DNA of 64,000 bases from an uncultured Acidobacteriota bacterium. GTDB taxonomy: Bacteria; Acidobacteriota; Thermoanaerobaculia; Multivoradales; JAHEKO01. Made by a program: the position numbers and the translations under genes. Numbering within the stretch: position 1 is the first letter of the stretch; the number at the start of each line of letters is the position of its first letter. The DNA lies in the NCBI GenBank assembly GCA_963713825.1, contig CAVQNG010000005.1:64001-128000 (forward strand), written 5' to 3'. The notes beneath the pieces are model-generated. The model was given only the letters and a program-made list of their open reading frames with translations. It was not told the DNA's origin and ran no database searches. Below, piece by piece: positions 1-11,535 of this stretch.

Positions 1-1425
1 CTCGGGCTCACCACCGACCGCGGGAATGCGAAAGAGTGGGGCCTGCTGCCCGGGAGTGAAGATGATGTGGTCGTCCGGTGTCCAGGTTGCACCACGGCAG
101 AAATCCACCGTGGCGATGGTCAGTGGCGTGCCGCCTGAGACGGACACCTTCTTGAGCTCGTTGGGGGTCACGAAGGCGATCCACTCGCCGTCAGGCGAGA
201 AGAACGGCAGGTAGGCGAGGTCGCCACCCGAAACCATTCTTCCCTCGAGTTGATCCAAAGATCGCAGATGTAGGGCGCGAGTGGCCGGGTTGCCCGATAC
301 ATAGGCCAGGTGCGTGCCGTCCGGCGAGATCACGACGCTGCTGCCAATCTGAGTCAACAAGGTGTCCTCGACGGGGATCTCGACATTGAGCCACATGGTT
401 TCCGCCTGCGACCGATCTGGCGATCGGGTCCAGCCGACAATGGCGGCGGCTCCCGCAACTGCAGCCAGTGCCAGCGCGGCCCACGGCAGAACGCGGCGCC
501 AGGTGGGTAGCGGAGCGTAGTTGGCTGTGGCGGCTTGGGCCTTGGCAGCCTCAGGATCGGCCAGATAGCCGGCGATGGCGATTCGAGCCTCGCCGATGGC
601 CTGGAGCCGATCGTTGATCTCCTTCTGGAGACAGCGGTCGAGCAGGTTGCGGACGACCGGAGGCACGTCGGCGGGTAGCGCCTCCCATTCGGGCTCGCGG
701 GCCAGGATTCCGGCCAGGGTGTCGGAGATGGTCTTGCCGGCGTAGACGGTCTGCCCGGTCAGCATCTCCATGACAACGGCACCAAAGGCCCAGATGTCGG
801 CTCGGCGGTCGGCGGCTTCGCCGCGGGCCTGCTCGGGGCTCATATAGGCAGCAGTGCCCAGCAACACCCCGGCTCCAGTGTTCATCTGCGCAGTCAGGGT
901 AGGCGACAGGGAGAGAGAGGGGTGGCTCGGATCCGAGTCCGAACCGGCTCCGGACTCGAGAGCCTTGGCGAGGCCGAAGTCGAGAACCTTGATCTTGCCG
1001 CTTTCGGTGAAGTTGATGTTGGCCGGTTTGAGGTCCCGGTGCACGATGCCTCGGTCGTGGGCCGTTTCCAGGGCTTCGGTGATCTGCAAGGCAATGGTCA
1101 TGGCTTCATCGAGGGACAATCGACCCCGCTTGATCCTCTCAGCGAGAGTCTCGCCCTCCACCAGCTCCATGACCAGGAAGTTGTGATCGTCGTCGTGCTC
1201 GACCTGGTAGATCGCGGCGATGTTGGGGTGATTCAGCGATGCCAGCACCTGGGCCTCGCGGCTGAAGCGAGCCATGCGCTCGGCATCCTGCGCGAAGAGC
1301 TCGGGCAGCACCTTGATCGCCACCTCGCGTCCGAGCTTGGTGTCCTCGGCACGGTACACCTCGCCCATGCCGCCCTCGCCCAGCTTGCCGGTTATCTTGA
1401 AATGAGCCAGAGTCTCACCAATCAT
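1..1425 (-). CDS. Ser/Thr protein kinase K1: kinase + TM + PD40/TolB-like beta-propeller; 3' end runs off the window
   Basis: Absent from the ORF track because it runs off the edge. Read manually from ATG 1425: [43 protein letters not shown] segment WRRVLPWAALALAAVAGAAAIVGW, then SPDG repeats. Confidence 0.93.
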   Translation of the reverse strand, partial: MIGETLAHFKITGKLGEGGMGEVYRAEDTKLGREVAIKVLPELFAQDAERMARFSREAQVLASLNHPNIAAIYQVEHDDDHNFLVMELVEGETLAERIKRGRLSLDEAMTIALQITEALETAHDRGIVHRDLKPANINFTESGKIKVLDFGLAKALESGAGSDSDPSHPSLSLSPTLTAQMNTGAGVLLGTAAYMSPEQARGEAADRRADIWAFGAVVMEMLTGQTVYAGKTISDTLAGILAREPEWEALPADVPPVVRNLLDRCLQKEINDRLQAIGEARIAIAGYLADPEAAKAQAATANYAPLPTWRRVLPWAALALAAVAGAAAIVGWTRSPDRSQAETMWLNVEIPVEDTLLTQIGSSVVISPDGTHLAYVSGNPATRALHLRSLDQLEGRMVSGGDLAYLPFFSPDGEWIAFVTPNELKKVSVSGGTPLTIATVDFCRGATWTPDDHIIFTPGQQAPLFRIPAVGGEPE

Positions 1426-1524
1426 TCGTCAACTCCTCGAGCCGGCGGATGTCTTCACAATCCGCACGTTGAGCTCCGATCGCAGGATGTAACGGAACTT
1501 GTTGGCGCCTATTGTATGACGGAA
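494..1524. repeat. Copy 1 of a 1031-bp near-identical direct repeat (promoter/5'UTR + kinase domain + linker)
   Basis: Matches 3457-4487 at offset 2963; I counted 8 substitutions by eye. Confidence 0.95.
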
Positions 1525-1548
1525 TGGCCGGCGGGGAGATCGACCGAC

Positions 1549-1692
1549 TCACAACTGCGATCGGCGGATTGAATCTGCTGTGGCGTGCTCGACGCGGCCG
1601 AGCTTGGTGTCCTCGGCTCGGTACACCTCACCCATGCCGCCTTCACCCAGCTTGGCGGTGATTCGGAAGTGGGAGAGGGTTGTGCCGATCAC
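1549..1692 (-). pseudogene. Kinase N-terminal stub 1 (33 kinase-like codons, then unrelated sequence)
   Basis: GTG at 1692 overlaps the K2 stop (GTGA). Reads [47 protein letters not shown]. Confidence 0.9.
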
Positions 1693-4388
1693 GGTCGCCT
1701 GAGATCGTTCTGCCAGTTGAGAACGAGGGCCATGGGCTGTTGGTTCTGTTGCTCTTTCTGCTCGGTCTGCTTGACGACCAGGAATCGCTGACCGTCGGCG
1801 GTCACATCGTAGTCGAAGCCGTCGTTGAAGGGTCCGAGCTCGAAAAGTGTTTCGGTGGCACCGACCTGGAAGGTGTCGCCCGAGCCGTCGACTTTGGTGG
1901 CCATCAGGGTGCCTTCGGCGGTCAGATAGAAGATCTCGCTGCCATCGCGGCTCCAGCGTGGCCAGTCACCGCCGTCCGAGATCTGCCATTTGCGTCCGCC
2001 GCCAGGGAACGGGGTGACATAGATCTCCCATTGCCCGGAATCGTCTCCCGCCCAGGCGAGCCACTGGCCGTCCGGAGAGACCATCGGGACCGTGTCGTTG
2101 AACTTCGTAGGCTGGAGGGGGATGGGCTCGCCCTCACCCTGGACATCCCAGGCGAACATGTCTTCGCTGGTGCCGGTGTTGACTTGATAGATCAGGTAGC
2201 GACCGTCGGGGCTCCAGCTGGAGGGATAGCTCGTGCCTTCTTGTTCGCGCAGGAGCTGCTCTTCGCCACCGCCGGTCATGGATTTCGCATAGAGCTGGAA
2301 CGAGCCGGATCGGTTGGAGCTGAAGGCGATCGTATTCCCATCCGGGGACCAGGCGACAAAGTAGTCTGCGCCGGTTTCGAAGGTGAAACGCGTCTCCAGC
2401 TCGCGATCGAGATCGAGCTGCCAGAGATCGGTGTTGCCGCTTTCGAAGTCGGCTTTGCTGACGATGGCCTGATTGCCCACGGGTGACAGCTGCACCTCGA
2501 TGTAGGAGTCGGGAGCGCCGATTTCGGAGAGGATCTCGCCCGAGCGGGACCTCCACTGCAGATTCGCCAGTACCGACTCACGGGCAGAACCCATCTGGTA
2601 GGCCAGGGTCCCCTGGTCGCTGACGGAAAATGAGCCGAGAACCGCTCCCATGTCGACATAGATGTTCTCGGCGAGTGGGAAGGCGTCGCCGGTAGTTTGT
2701 CGAGTCTCGGCATCGAAGGGTCGGGCCATCAACGTCTGATCGAAGACGTAGAGGAGATGTCCCGCGGCATACTCGACGTTGGAGGTCGCCGGCATCAGCT
2801 CACTGACTTCGCCCGCCAACGAGCCGATCTTGATGCTGCTGTTCGAACCGGCTCCACCGCCCCCGGCCCGGGCCACGAATAGGAAGTGGTCGCCATTGGG
2901 CAGGAAGCGGGGGTGACGATGGCTGTCCTCTCCGAGCTTGGCGTCGAACTCGGTGAGCTCGACCGACTCTCCTCCTGCCGCGCTGACCTTGTGCAAAGGA
3001 GAGTTGTGGCTCGGCGCAAAGACGATGGTGCCGGCATCGTTCCAGGCGCCGCCTTTGCCGTTGGACGCCTCGCACAGGGCCATGGCCGGTCCACCGGTCG
3101 CCTCGATCTTCTTCAGCTTGCCGCCGGCGAAGAAGCCGATGTGTCGACTGTCGGGGGACCAGAACGGGTAGAGGGCACCTTCGGTTCCAGTCAACGGCCT
3201 GGATTCCAGCTCGTCGAGGTCGCGGATCCAAAGCCGTTCGACCCCATCCTCACCGCGGATGCCGAAGGCCAAGGTGCGCCCATCGGGGGAAACCGCCACC
3301 GGGGCAGGGTAGTCCGAGCCCAGATTGAACTCTCCCCCTGGCGGAGCCGGAATGGACGCCCGCGTCGTTGGCTGCGGAGGAACTGGGTCTTGCGGCCAGA
3401 AGGCGATGGTCGCGGCCCCAACGATGGCCGATGCGGCGACTGCCCAGGGGAGTAGCCGGCGCCAGGTGGGTAGCGGAGCGTAGTTGGCTGTGGCGGCTTG
3501 GGCCTTGGCAGCCTCAGGATCGGCCAGATAGCCGGCGATGGCGATTCGAGCCTCGCCGATGGCTTGGAGCCGATCGTTGATCTCCTTCTGGAGACAGCGG
3601 TCTAGCAGGTTGCGGACAACTGGAGGCACGTCGGCGGGTAGCGCCTCCCATTCGGGCTCGCGGGCCAGGATTCCGGCCAGGGTGTCGGAGATGGTCTTGC
3701 CGGCGTAGACGGTCTGCCCCGTCAGCATCTCCATGACAACGGCACCAAAGGCCCAGATGTCGGCTCGGCGGTCGGCGGCTTCGCCGCGGGCCTGCTCGGG
3801 GCTCATATAGGCAGCAGTGCCCAGCAACACCCCGGCTCCAGTGTTCATCTGCGCAGTCAGGGTAGGCGACAGGGAGAGAGAGGGGTGGCTCGGATCCGAG
3901 TCCGAACCGGCTCCGGACTCGAGAGCCTTGGCGAGGCCGAAGTCGAGAACCTTGATCTTGCCGCTTTCGGTGAAGTTGATGTTGGCCGGTTTGAGGTCCC
4001 GGTGCACGATGCCTCGGTCGTGGGCCGTTTCCAGGGCTTCGGCGATCTGCAAGGCAATGGTCATGGCTTCATCGAGGGACAATCGGCCTCGCTTGATCCT
4101 CTCAGCGAGAGTCTCGCCCTCCACCAGCTCCATGACCAGGAAGTTGTGATCGTCGTCGTGCTCGACCTGGTAGATCGCGGCGATGTTGGGGTGATTCAGC
4201 GATGCCAGCACCTGGGCCTCGCGGCTGAAGCGAGCCATGCGCTCGGCATCCTGCGCGAAGAGCTCGGGCAGCACCTTGATCGCCACCTCGCGTCCGAGCT
4301 TGGTGTCCTCGGCACGGTACACCTCGCCCATGCCGCCCTCGCCCAGCTTGCCGGTTATCTTGAAATGAGCCAGAGTCTCACCAATCAT
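1689..4388 (-). CDS. Ser/Thr protein kinase K2: kinase + TM + PD40/WD40-like beta-propeller
   Basis: 899-aa ORF with [33 protein letters not shown], a TM helix and many (W)SPDG repeats; GAGGAG RBS upstream. Confidence 0.96.
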   Translation of the reverse strand: MIGETLAHFKITGKLGEGGMGEVYRAEDTKLGREVAIKVLPELFAQDAERMARFSREAQVLASLNHPNIAAIYQVEHDDDHNFLVMELVEGETLAERIKRGRLSLDEAMTIALQIAEALETAHDRGIVHRDLKPANINFTESGKIKVLDFGLAKALESGAGSDSDPSHPSLSLSPTLTAQMNTGAGVLLGTAAYMSPEQARGEAADRRADIWAFGAVVMEMLTGQTVYAGKTISDTLAGILAREPEWEALPADVPPVVRNLLDRCLQKEINDRLQAIGEARIAIAGYLADPEAAKAQAATANYAPLPTWRRLLPWAVAASAIVGAATIAFWPQDPVPPQPTTRASIPAPPGGEFNLGSDYPAPVAVSPDGRTLAFGIRGEDGVERLWIRDLDELESRPLTGTEGALYPFWSPDSRHIGFFAGGKLKKIEATGGPAMALCEASNGKGGAWNDAGTIVFAPSHNSPLHKVSAAGGESVELTEFDAKLGEDSHRHPRFLPNGDHFLFVARAGGGGAGSNSSIKIGSLAGEVSELMPATSNVEYAAGHLLYVFDQTLMARPFDAETRQTTGDAFPLAENIYVDMGAVLGSFSVSDQGTLAYQMGSARESVLANLQWRSRSGEILSEIGAPDSYIEVQLSPVGNQAIVSKADFESGNTDLWQLDLDRELETRFTFETGADYFVAWSPDGNTIAFSSNRSGSFQLYAKSMTGGGEEQLLREQEGTSYPSSWSPDGRYLIYQVNTGTSEDMFAWDVQGEGEPIPLQPTKFNDTVPMVSPDGQWLAWAGDDSGQWEIYVTPFPGGGRKWQISDGGDWPRWSRDGSEIFYLTAEGTLMATKVDGSGDTFQVGATETLFELGPFNDGFDYDVTADGQRFLVVKQTEQKEQQNQQPMALVLNWQNDLRRP

Positions 4389-4487
4389 TCGTCAACTCCT
4401 CGAGCCGGCGGATGTCTTCACAATCCGCACGTTGAGCTCCGATCGCAGGATGTAACGGAACTTGTTGGCGCCTATTGTATGACGGAA
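3457..4487. repeat. Copy 2 of the 1031-bp direct repeat
   Basis: Near-identical to 494-1524; includes a TACAAT -10-like hexamer on the minus strand (4474-4479). Confidence 0.95.
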
Positions 4488-4535
4488 CGGTTGTAACGGG
4501 GGCCGTCCGCATTGGCGAGCGAGCGAGTCGAGGTT

Positions 4536-6779
<2,244 letters not shown>

Positions 6780-7013
6780 TGGTATTCCGCTCCAAGCGGC
6801 CGGGTTCTCTCGAGTCCGATCATCGAAAATTCAGCTCGCCCCGTTGTCGTTTCGTCGCTCTTGGCGGTGCTACTGGATTGTACTTCACTCCGAGGCGACC
6901 ATCGTTGCAGCCTGCGTTGGAGTAGAATGCCTCAAATTCTGCGACAGCGACGCAAGAGGTTCGGTCGCCACGGCGGTCCGTCGGCATGACGGCCGTTTCA
7001 AGAGGAGTCACGC
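6780..7013. promoter_or_regulatory. Divergent promoter region between K3 and K4
   Basis: Head-to-head genes; TACAAT on minus (about 6877-6882), TAGAAT on plus (about 6924-6929); AGAGGAG RBS before 7014. Confidence 0.45.
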
Positions 7014-9812
7014 ATGATCGGAACGACATTGGCGCATTTCAAGATCACCGGCAAGCTCGGTGAGGGTGGCATGGGTGAGGTCTATCGAGCTGAAGACAGC
7101 AAGTTGGGTCGGGAAGTGGCGATCAAGGTGCTACCAGAGTTGGTGGCCGGTGACGCCGAGCGCATGGCTCGTTTCGAGCGTGAAGCCAAGCTCCTCGCGG
7201 CCCTCAACCACCCCAACATCGGCGCGATCTATTCCCTTGAATCTGCCGGACAGGCGGGGGCAAGCCCCGCTCCTACAGAGACCGATGCCGATGTAGGGGC
7301 GCCCCTTCCGGGCGCCCGGGAGGGGGCGAGCCCAGGACCCAAGGCCCAAGACCCAGGTCTCCCGATCCACTTTCTCGTCCTGGAGCTCATCGAAGGCGAA
7401 TCCCTCGCCGAGATCCTGGCGCGGGGCCCTCTCGGTCTCGAGAAGGCGATGCAGGTCGGGCAGCAGGTGGCCCTGGCCTTGGAGTCGGCCCACGACAAGG
7501 GGGTCATTCATCGTGACCTGAAACCGGCCAACGTCATGCTGACCCAGAATGGAAGCGTCAAGGTGCTGGATTTCGGTCTGGCCAAGGCCTGGGACGTAGA
7601 AGAGACCTCGGGCAGCGCTCCGCTGATCAGCCGTTCGCCAACCCTTACGCAAGGGATGACCGAGGTCGGCGTGCTGCTCGGTACCGCGGCCTACATGAGC
7701 CCGGAGCAGGCGCGCGGCAAGCCGGTCGACAAGCGATCGGACATCTGGGCCTTCGGCGCCGTGCTGCTCGAGACCCTGACCGGGCGCAAGGCCTTCGGCG
7801 GCGACACGATCACCGACATGATCGCTGCGGTCGTAGCGCGAGAGCCAGAGTGGGAGAGGCTACCGGCCGGTACTCCAAAAGCAGTGACTCGCCTGCTACG
7901 CCGCTGCCTCGAGAAAGACCAGGAGCAGCGCTTACGTGACATTGGCGATGCGCGGTTGGAGCTCGAGGAGATGCTGGCCAATCCAGAAAGTCTGCACGCC
8001 GAGCCCGAGGTTGTGGCAGCATCTTCCAAGACCAGCCTGCTGTGGAAGGTTGGCGTCGCGGCACTGGCATTGCTGACAATGGGTCTGGGCTTTGCGCTGT
8101 GGCGTGCCAGTCAATCGGAACCGCAGCAGATCACCCGCGCCTTCATCCCGGCCCCGACTGGAGGGGATTACGACCTGGCCACCGACTATCCTGCCCCTGT
8201 GGCCGTCTCTCCGGATGGCCGTACTCTGGTTTTCGGGGTGCAGGAGGAAGAGATCAAGAGCCTTTGGGTGCGTGACCTCGACGACCTCGAGGCTCGCCCG
8301 CTGGCTGGAACCGAGGGGGCCATGTATCCGTTCTGGTCACCTGACAATCGCCACATCGGTTTCTTCGCTCAAGGCAAGCTCAAGAAGATCGAAGTCGCCG
8401 GCGGTCCAGCGATGAGCCTCTGCGATGCTCCCAACGGCAAGGGAGGCAGTTGGAACGCAGATGGGATCATCGTCTTCGCGCCAGCCCACACCACAAACCT
8501 GCAGAGTGTGTCGTCCGCCGGAGGTGAGCCTACGGATGTCACCTCGGTCGACCCTGAGAAGGGTGAAGACAGCCACCGGCATCCGCGGTTTCTACCGGAT
8601 GGGGAGCATTTCCTCTACGCCGCCCGTGTCGGTTTTGGAGGTTCGAGTGAAAACAGCCGGTTGATGATCGGTTCGCTGTCAGGCGAGTCCCGGGAGTTGA
8701 TGCCCGGCTCCTCCAACGTCGAGTTCGCAGCCGGACATCTCCTCTACGTGTACGAGCGAACCCTGATGGCGCGGCCTTTCGATGCCAGTCAACTCGAGCT
8801 CACGGGGGATGCCTTTCCAATCGCCGAGGAGGTCTGGGGCGACCAGGGAGCCTTGCTGGGAGTCTTTTCAGCTAGCGAGAACGGAGTTCTCGCCTACCAG
8901 ACCGGCACACCGCGCGAAGACGTGAACTCGCAACTGCAGTGGTTCGATCGCTCGGGCCAGATGCTGGGTGAGGTAGGAACTCCGGACCCCTACGCCGAAG
9001 TGAGCATCTCGCCGGATGGAACTACGGCGGTGGTCAACAAGAGGGATCCAGGGAGCTCCAATCGGGACCTCTGGCTGGTGGACCTGGAACGGCAGCTCAA
9101 GACGCGGTTCACCTTCGATCCGGCTCAGGATTGGATCGGTGTTTGGTCGCCGGACGGAGCCCGGATCGCGTTCAGCTCTGAGCGCAGCGGCACCGGGGAC
9201 CTCTACGTCAAGTCGGTCACAGGTGGAGGTGAAGCGGAGCTGCTCTACGACGACGACACGCAGAAGTACCCGGCCTCCTGGAGCGGGGATGGACGGTATC
9301 TGTTCTACGAATCGTGGGGCTCCGGTGGGGAGTCCAACCTGTTCGCCCTCGATCTCGAAGAAGGCGGCGAGCCAATGGCGATTCAGGCCTCCAACTTCTC
9401 CCAGAGAGTCCCAGTAATCTCACCCAATGGTCGATGGCTCGCCTACTCCAGCAACGAATCGGGACACAACGAGATCTATGTCACCGCCTTTCCTGAAGGT
9501 GGCAGAAAGTGGCAGGTCTCCACGCAGGAAACCGGGTACGCACGCTGGGGAAGCGACGAGGACCTCTTCCTGATGGGCCCCACGGGTGAGCTGCGGATTG
9601 CTGAGGTCGACGGCTCGAGCGAGACGTTTCGGATAGGCCCTATTCGGAAGATCGCCGACTTCAGGCTCCAGACTCTCGGTTTCGACTTCGACCCTTCTCC
9701 CGACGGTCAGCGAATCTTGATTTCGCAAGTCCTCGAAGAGGAGGGGCAGGGTGCCAAGATGAATCCCATGACCCTCGTTATGGGCTGGACCGCGGACCTC
9801 GAACGGCCTTAG
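7014..9812 (+). CDS. Ser/Thr protein kinase K4: kinase with a 37-aa repeat-derived insert + TM + PD40 beta-propeller
   Basis: 932-aa ORF with all Hanks motifs; ectodomain closely similar to that of K2. Confidence 0.96.
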   Translation: MIGTTLAHFKITGKLGEGGMGEVYRAEDSKLGREVAIKVLPELVAGDAERMARFEREAKLLAALNHPNIGAIYSLESAGQAGASPAPTETDADVGAPLPGAREGASPGPKAQDPGLPIHFLVLELIEGESLAEILARGPLGLEKAMQVGQQVALALESAHDKGVIHRDLKPANVMLTQNGSVKVLDFGLAKAWDVEETSGSAPLISRSPTLTQGMTEVGVLLGTAAYMSPEQARGKPVDKRSDIWAFGAVLLETLTGRKAFGGDTITDMIAAVVAREPEWERLPAGTPKAVTRLLRRCLEKDQEQRLRDIGDARLELEEMLANPESLHAEPEVVAASSKTSLLWKVGVAALALLTMGLGFALWRASQSEPQQITRAFIPAPTGGDYDLATDYPAPVAVSPDGRTLVFGVQEEEIKSLWVRDLDDLEARPLAGTEGAMYPFWSPDNRHIGFFAQGKLKKIEVAGGPAMSLCDAPNGKGGSWNADGIIVFAPAHTTNLQSVSSAGGEPTDVTSVDPEKGEDSHRHPRFLPDGEHFLYAARVGFGGSSENSRLMIGSLSGESRELMPGSSNVEFAAGHLLYVYERTLMARPFDASQLELTGDAFPIAEEVWGDQGALLGVFSASENGVLAYQTGTPREDVNSQLQWFDRSGQMLGEVGTPDPYAEVSISPDGTTAVVNKRDPGSSNRDLWLVDLERQLKTRFTFDPAQDWIGVWSPDGARIAFSSERSGTGDLYVKSVTGGGEAELLYDDDTQKYPASWSGDGRYLFYESWGSGGESNLFALDLEEGGEPMAIQASNFSQRVPVISPNGRWLAYSSNESGHNEIYVTAFPEGGRKWQVSTQETGYARWGSDEDLFLMGPTGELRIAEVDGSSETFRIGPIRKIADFRLQTLGFDFDPSPDGQRILISQVLEEEGQGAKMNPMTLVMGWTADLERP
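7253..7358. repeat. GTAG-type REP-like palindrome pair plus four degenerate heptamers inside the K4 coding sequence
   Basis: 7253-7277 reverse complement is TGTAGGAGCGGGGCTTGCCCCCGCC. 7292-7317 is TGTAGGGGCGCCCCTTCCGGGCGCCC. 7331-7358 is CCCAGGA CCCAAGG CCCAAGA CCCAGGT. Confidence 0.75.
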
Positions 9813-9914
9813 AGGCCGCCTTCTTTCGGGGCCGTGCTTGAAGGGCCGGGGCTGGGCCCTGCGTGCTAAAGTTGCGCCAGTTCTAAGAACCGAAGGAATG
9901 GAAGGAGGAGCGGT

Positions 9915-10370
9915 ATGACTGCTGCCGATGGGATTGGGACTGGGACTCGCCCCAAAGCACCGATGCACCTGTGGATCGTTGGCGTACTGGCCTTGCTATG
10001 GAACTTCATGGGCGCCTTCGACTATCTGGCCACCCAGCTGAAGCTGGAGTCCTACATGGGCAACTTCTCCGAGGAACAGCTGGAGTACTTCTACGGCATA
10101 CCCGCCTGGGCCGTGTCGGGCTGGGCCATCGCCGTTTGGATCGGCCTCGTCGGCACGGTGGGACTCCTCCTGCGCCGCAAGTGGTCGGTCATGGCGTTCG
10201 CCATCTCCCTGGCCGGTCTCGCCATCAGCTCGATCTACACGCTTTTCCTGTCGAATGGGCTCGAGATCAACGGCACGACAGGGATCATCATGACTGTGGT
10301 CATCTTCGTCGTGTCGATCTTTCTGGTCTGGTACTCCAAGCAGCAGGCGAAGGCTGGAATTCTCACCTAG
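9915..10370 (+). CDS. Small integral membrane protein (about 4 TM), unknown function
   Basis: 151-aa hydrophobic ORF with AGGAG RBS. Confidence 0.8.
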   Translation: MTAADGIGTGTRPKAPMHLWIVGVLALLWNFMGAFDYLATQLKLESYMGNFSEEQLEYFYGIPAWAVSGWAIAVWIGLVGTVGLLLRRKWSVMAFAISLAGLAISSIYTLFLSNGLEINGTTGIIMTVVIFVVSIFLVWYSKQQAKAGILT

Positions 10371-10377
10371 TCGGGCA

Positions 10378-10857
10378 GTGAGCCGGTCGAGTCTCGTTGT
10401 CGCGGTCGCGCTGGTCTGCGTGGTTGCCGGCAGCATCGCAGCCGGTAGGGAGCTTCTTGCTATGAACGATTTCGCAGAACGCTACACGGCTGCGTGGTGC
10501 AGCCAGGATCCGGCCGCCGTGGCGGTGTTTTTCTCTGACGATGGCTCTTTGACCGTCAACGGTGGTGAGCCGGCGACAGGGCGAGAGTCCATCACCGAGG
10601 TGGTCCGAGGGTACATGACGGGCTTCCCAGACCACGTGCTGCTGTTCGACAAGCTAGAGGAACGCGATGGGCGGATCCACTTCCACTGGACCTTCGAGGG
10701 CACCAACACCGGACCCGGAGGCACGGGCAACCGGGTCCGTTTCAGCGGCTACGAAGCCTGGCTGATCGGTGAAGACGGCCTGATCCAGGATTCACAGGGT
10801 AGTTACGACGAGGCCGACTATCAACGCCAGCTCCAGGCCGACCCGGGAACGGATTAG
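10378..10857 (+). CDS. SnoaL/NTF2-like (ester cyclase family) protein with possible signal peptide
   Basis: FAERYTAAWCSQD, GFPD and HWTFEGTNTGPGGTG are typical of SnoaL-like proteins. Confidence 0.85.
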   Translation: MSRSSLVVAVALVCVVAGSIAAGRELLAMNDFAERYTAAWCSQDPAAVAVFFSDDGSLTVNGGEPATGRESITEVVRGYMTGFPDHVLLFDKLEERDGRIHFHWTFEGTNTGPGGTGNRVRFSGYEAWLIGEDGLIQDSQGSYDEADYQRQLQADPGTD

Positions 10858-10894
10858 AGAAGATCGGTTCTATCGGGCGCGCAGCGTCGGAAGG

Positions 10895-11401
10895 TCACTC
10901 GTCCTCGTCGGCAGAGGGACCGTAGAGCGCCGGCAGCGGCAGGTCGTTGAGGCGCAGATACACCGTCAGCTGACCGCGATGATGAATCATGTGATTCATG
11001 ATGAAGCTGCGGAGGACGGCTACCTTCGGAAACGTCAGGACCTCCTCGCCGGCCTTGAGCAGGGACCAGGAGGCCATGAGGGTTTCATCGCTGGCGTTGG
11101 CGATGGCTTCGCGAGCCGCCGCAACGTTGGCGTCGAACATCTCGAGGGCACCCTCGACCGTCTCCACCGGTTCTTCCTTGATCGGCTCCTCGCCCTCCGG
11201 CGCCATGTCGAAGCTGGACTCGTTGATGGTCATCACGGACCACTTCGGCATGTTGGCCATGTGCGTCAGCATGCCGCGCAGATCGAACGACTTCTCATGC
11301 GGTCGCCAATCGAGCTTGTCGTTGGGGATCCGTTCCAGGGCCTTGCGGGTGTTGGCCATCTCGTGGTCGAACTCGGGCAGTAGGGCTTGGGCTATCGTCA
11401 T
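10895..11401 (-). CDS. DinB/YfiT-family protein
   Basis: WRPHEKS, H..HHRGQLTVYLR and LPALYGPSADE motifs; AAGGAGG RBS before ATG 11401. Confidence 0.9.
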   Translation of the reverse strand: MTIAQALLPEFDHEMANTRKALERIPNDKLDWRPHEKSFDLRGMLTHMANMPKWSVMTINESSFDMAPEGEEPIKEEPVETVEGALEMFDANVAAAREAIANASDETLMASWSLLKAGEEVLTFPKVAVLRSFIMNHMIHHRGQLTVYLRLNDLPLPALYGPSADEDE

Positions 11402-11535
11402 GGGAACCTCCTTGTTTGTTGGGTGGGCAAGGCTAGCACTTTTCGAATGTGGCAACGGGGCCTGCTGTTGCACGGGAGCTAGTGCGGTATCCTGTGGCGC
11501 GCATCCTGTTACCTACGTTGGAAGGGATCAGGCGG

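Noticed and set aside
494-4487. The 1-kb repeat as a DGR template/variable pair or an IS element
   Set aside because: Differences are few, mostly synonymous and not adenine-specific; there is no reverse transcriptase, transposase or terminal inverted repeat.
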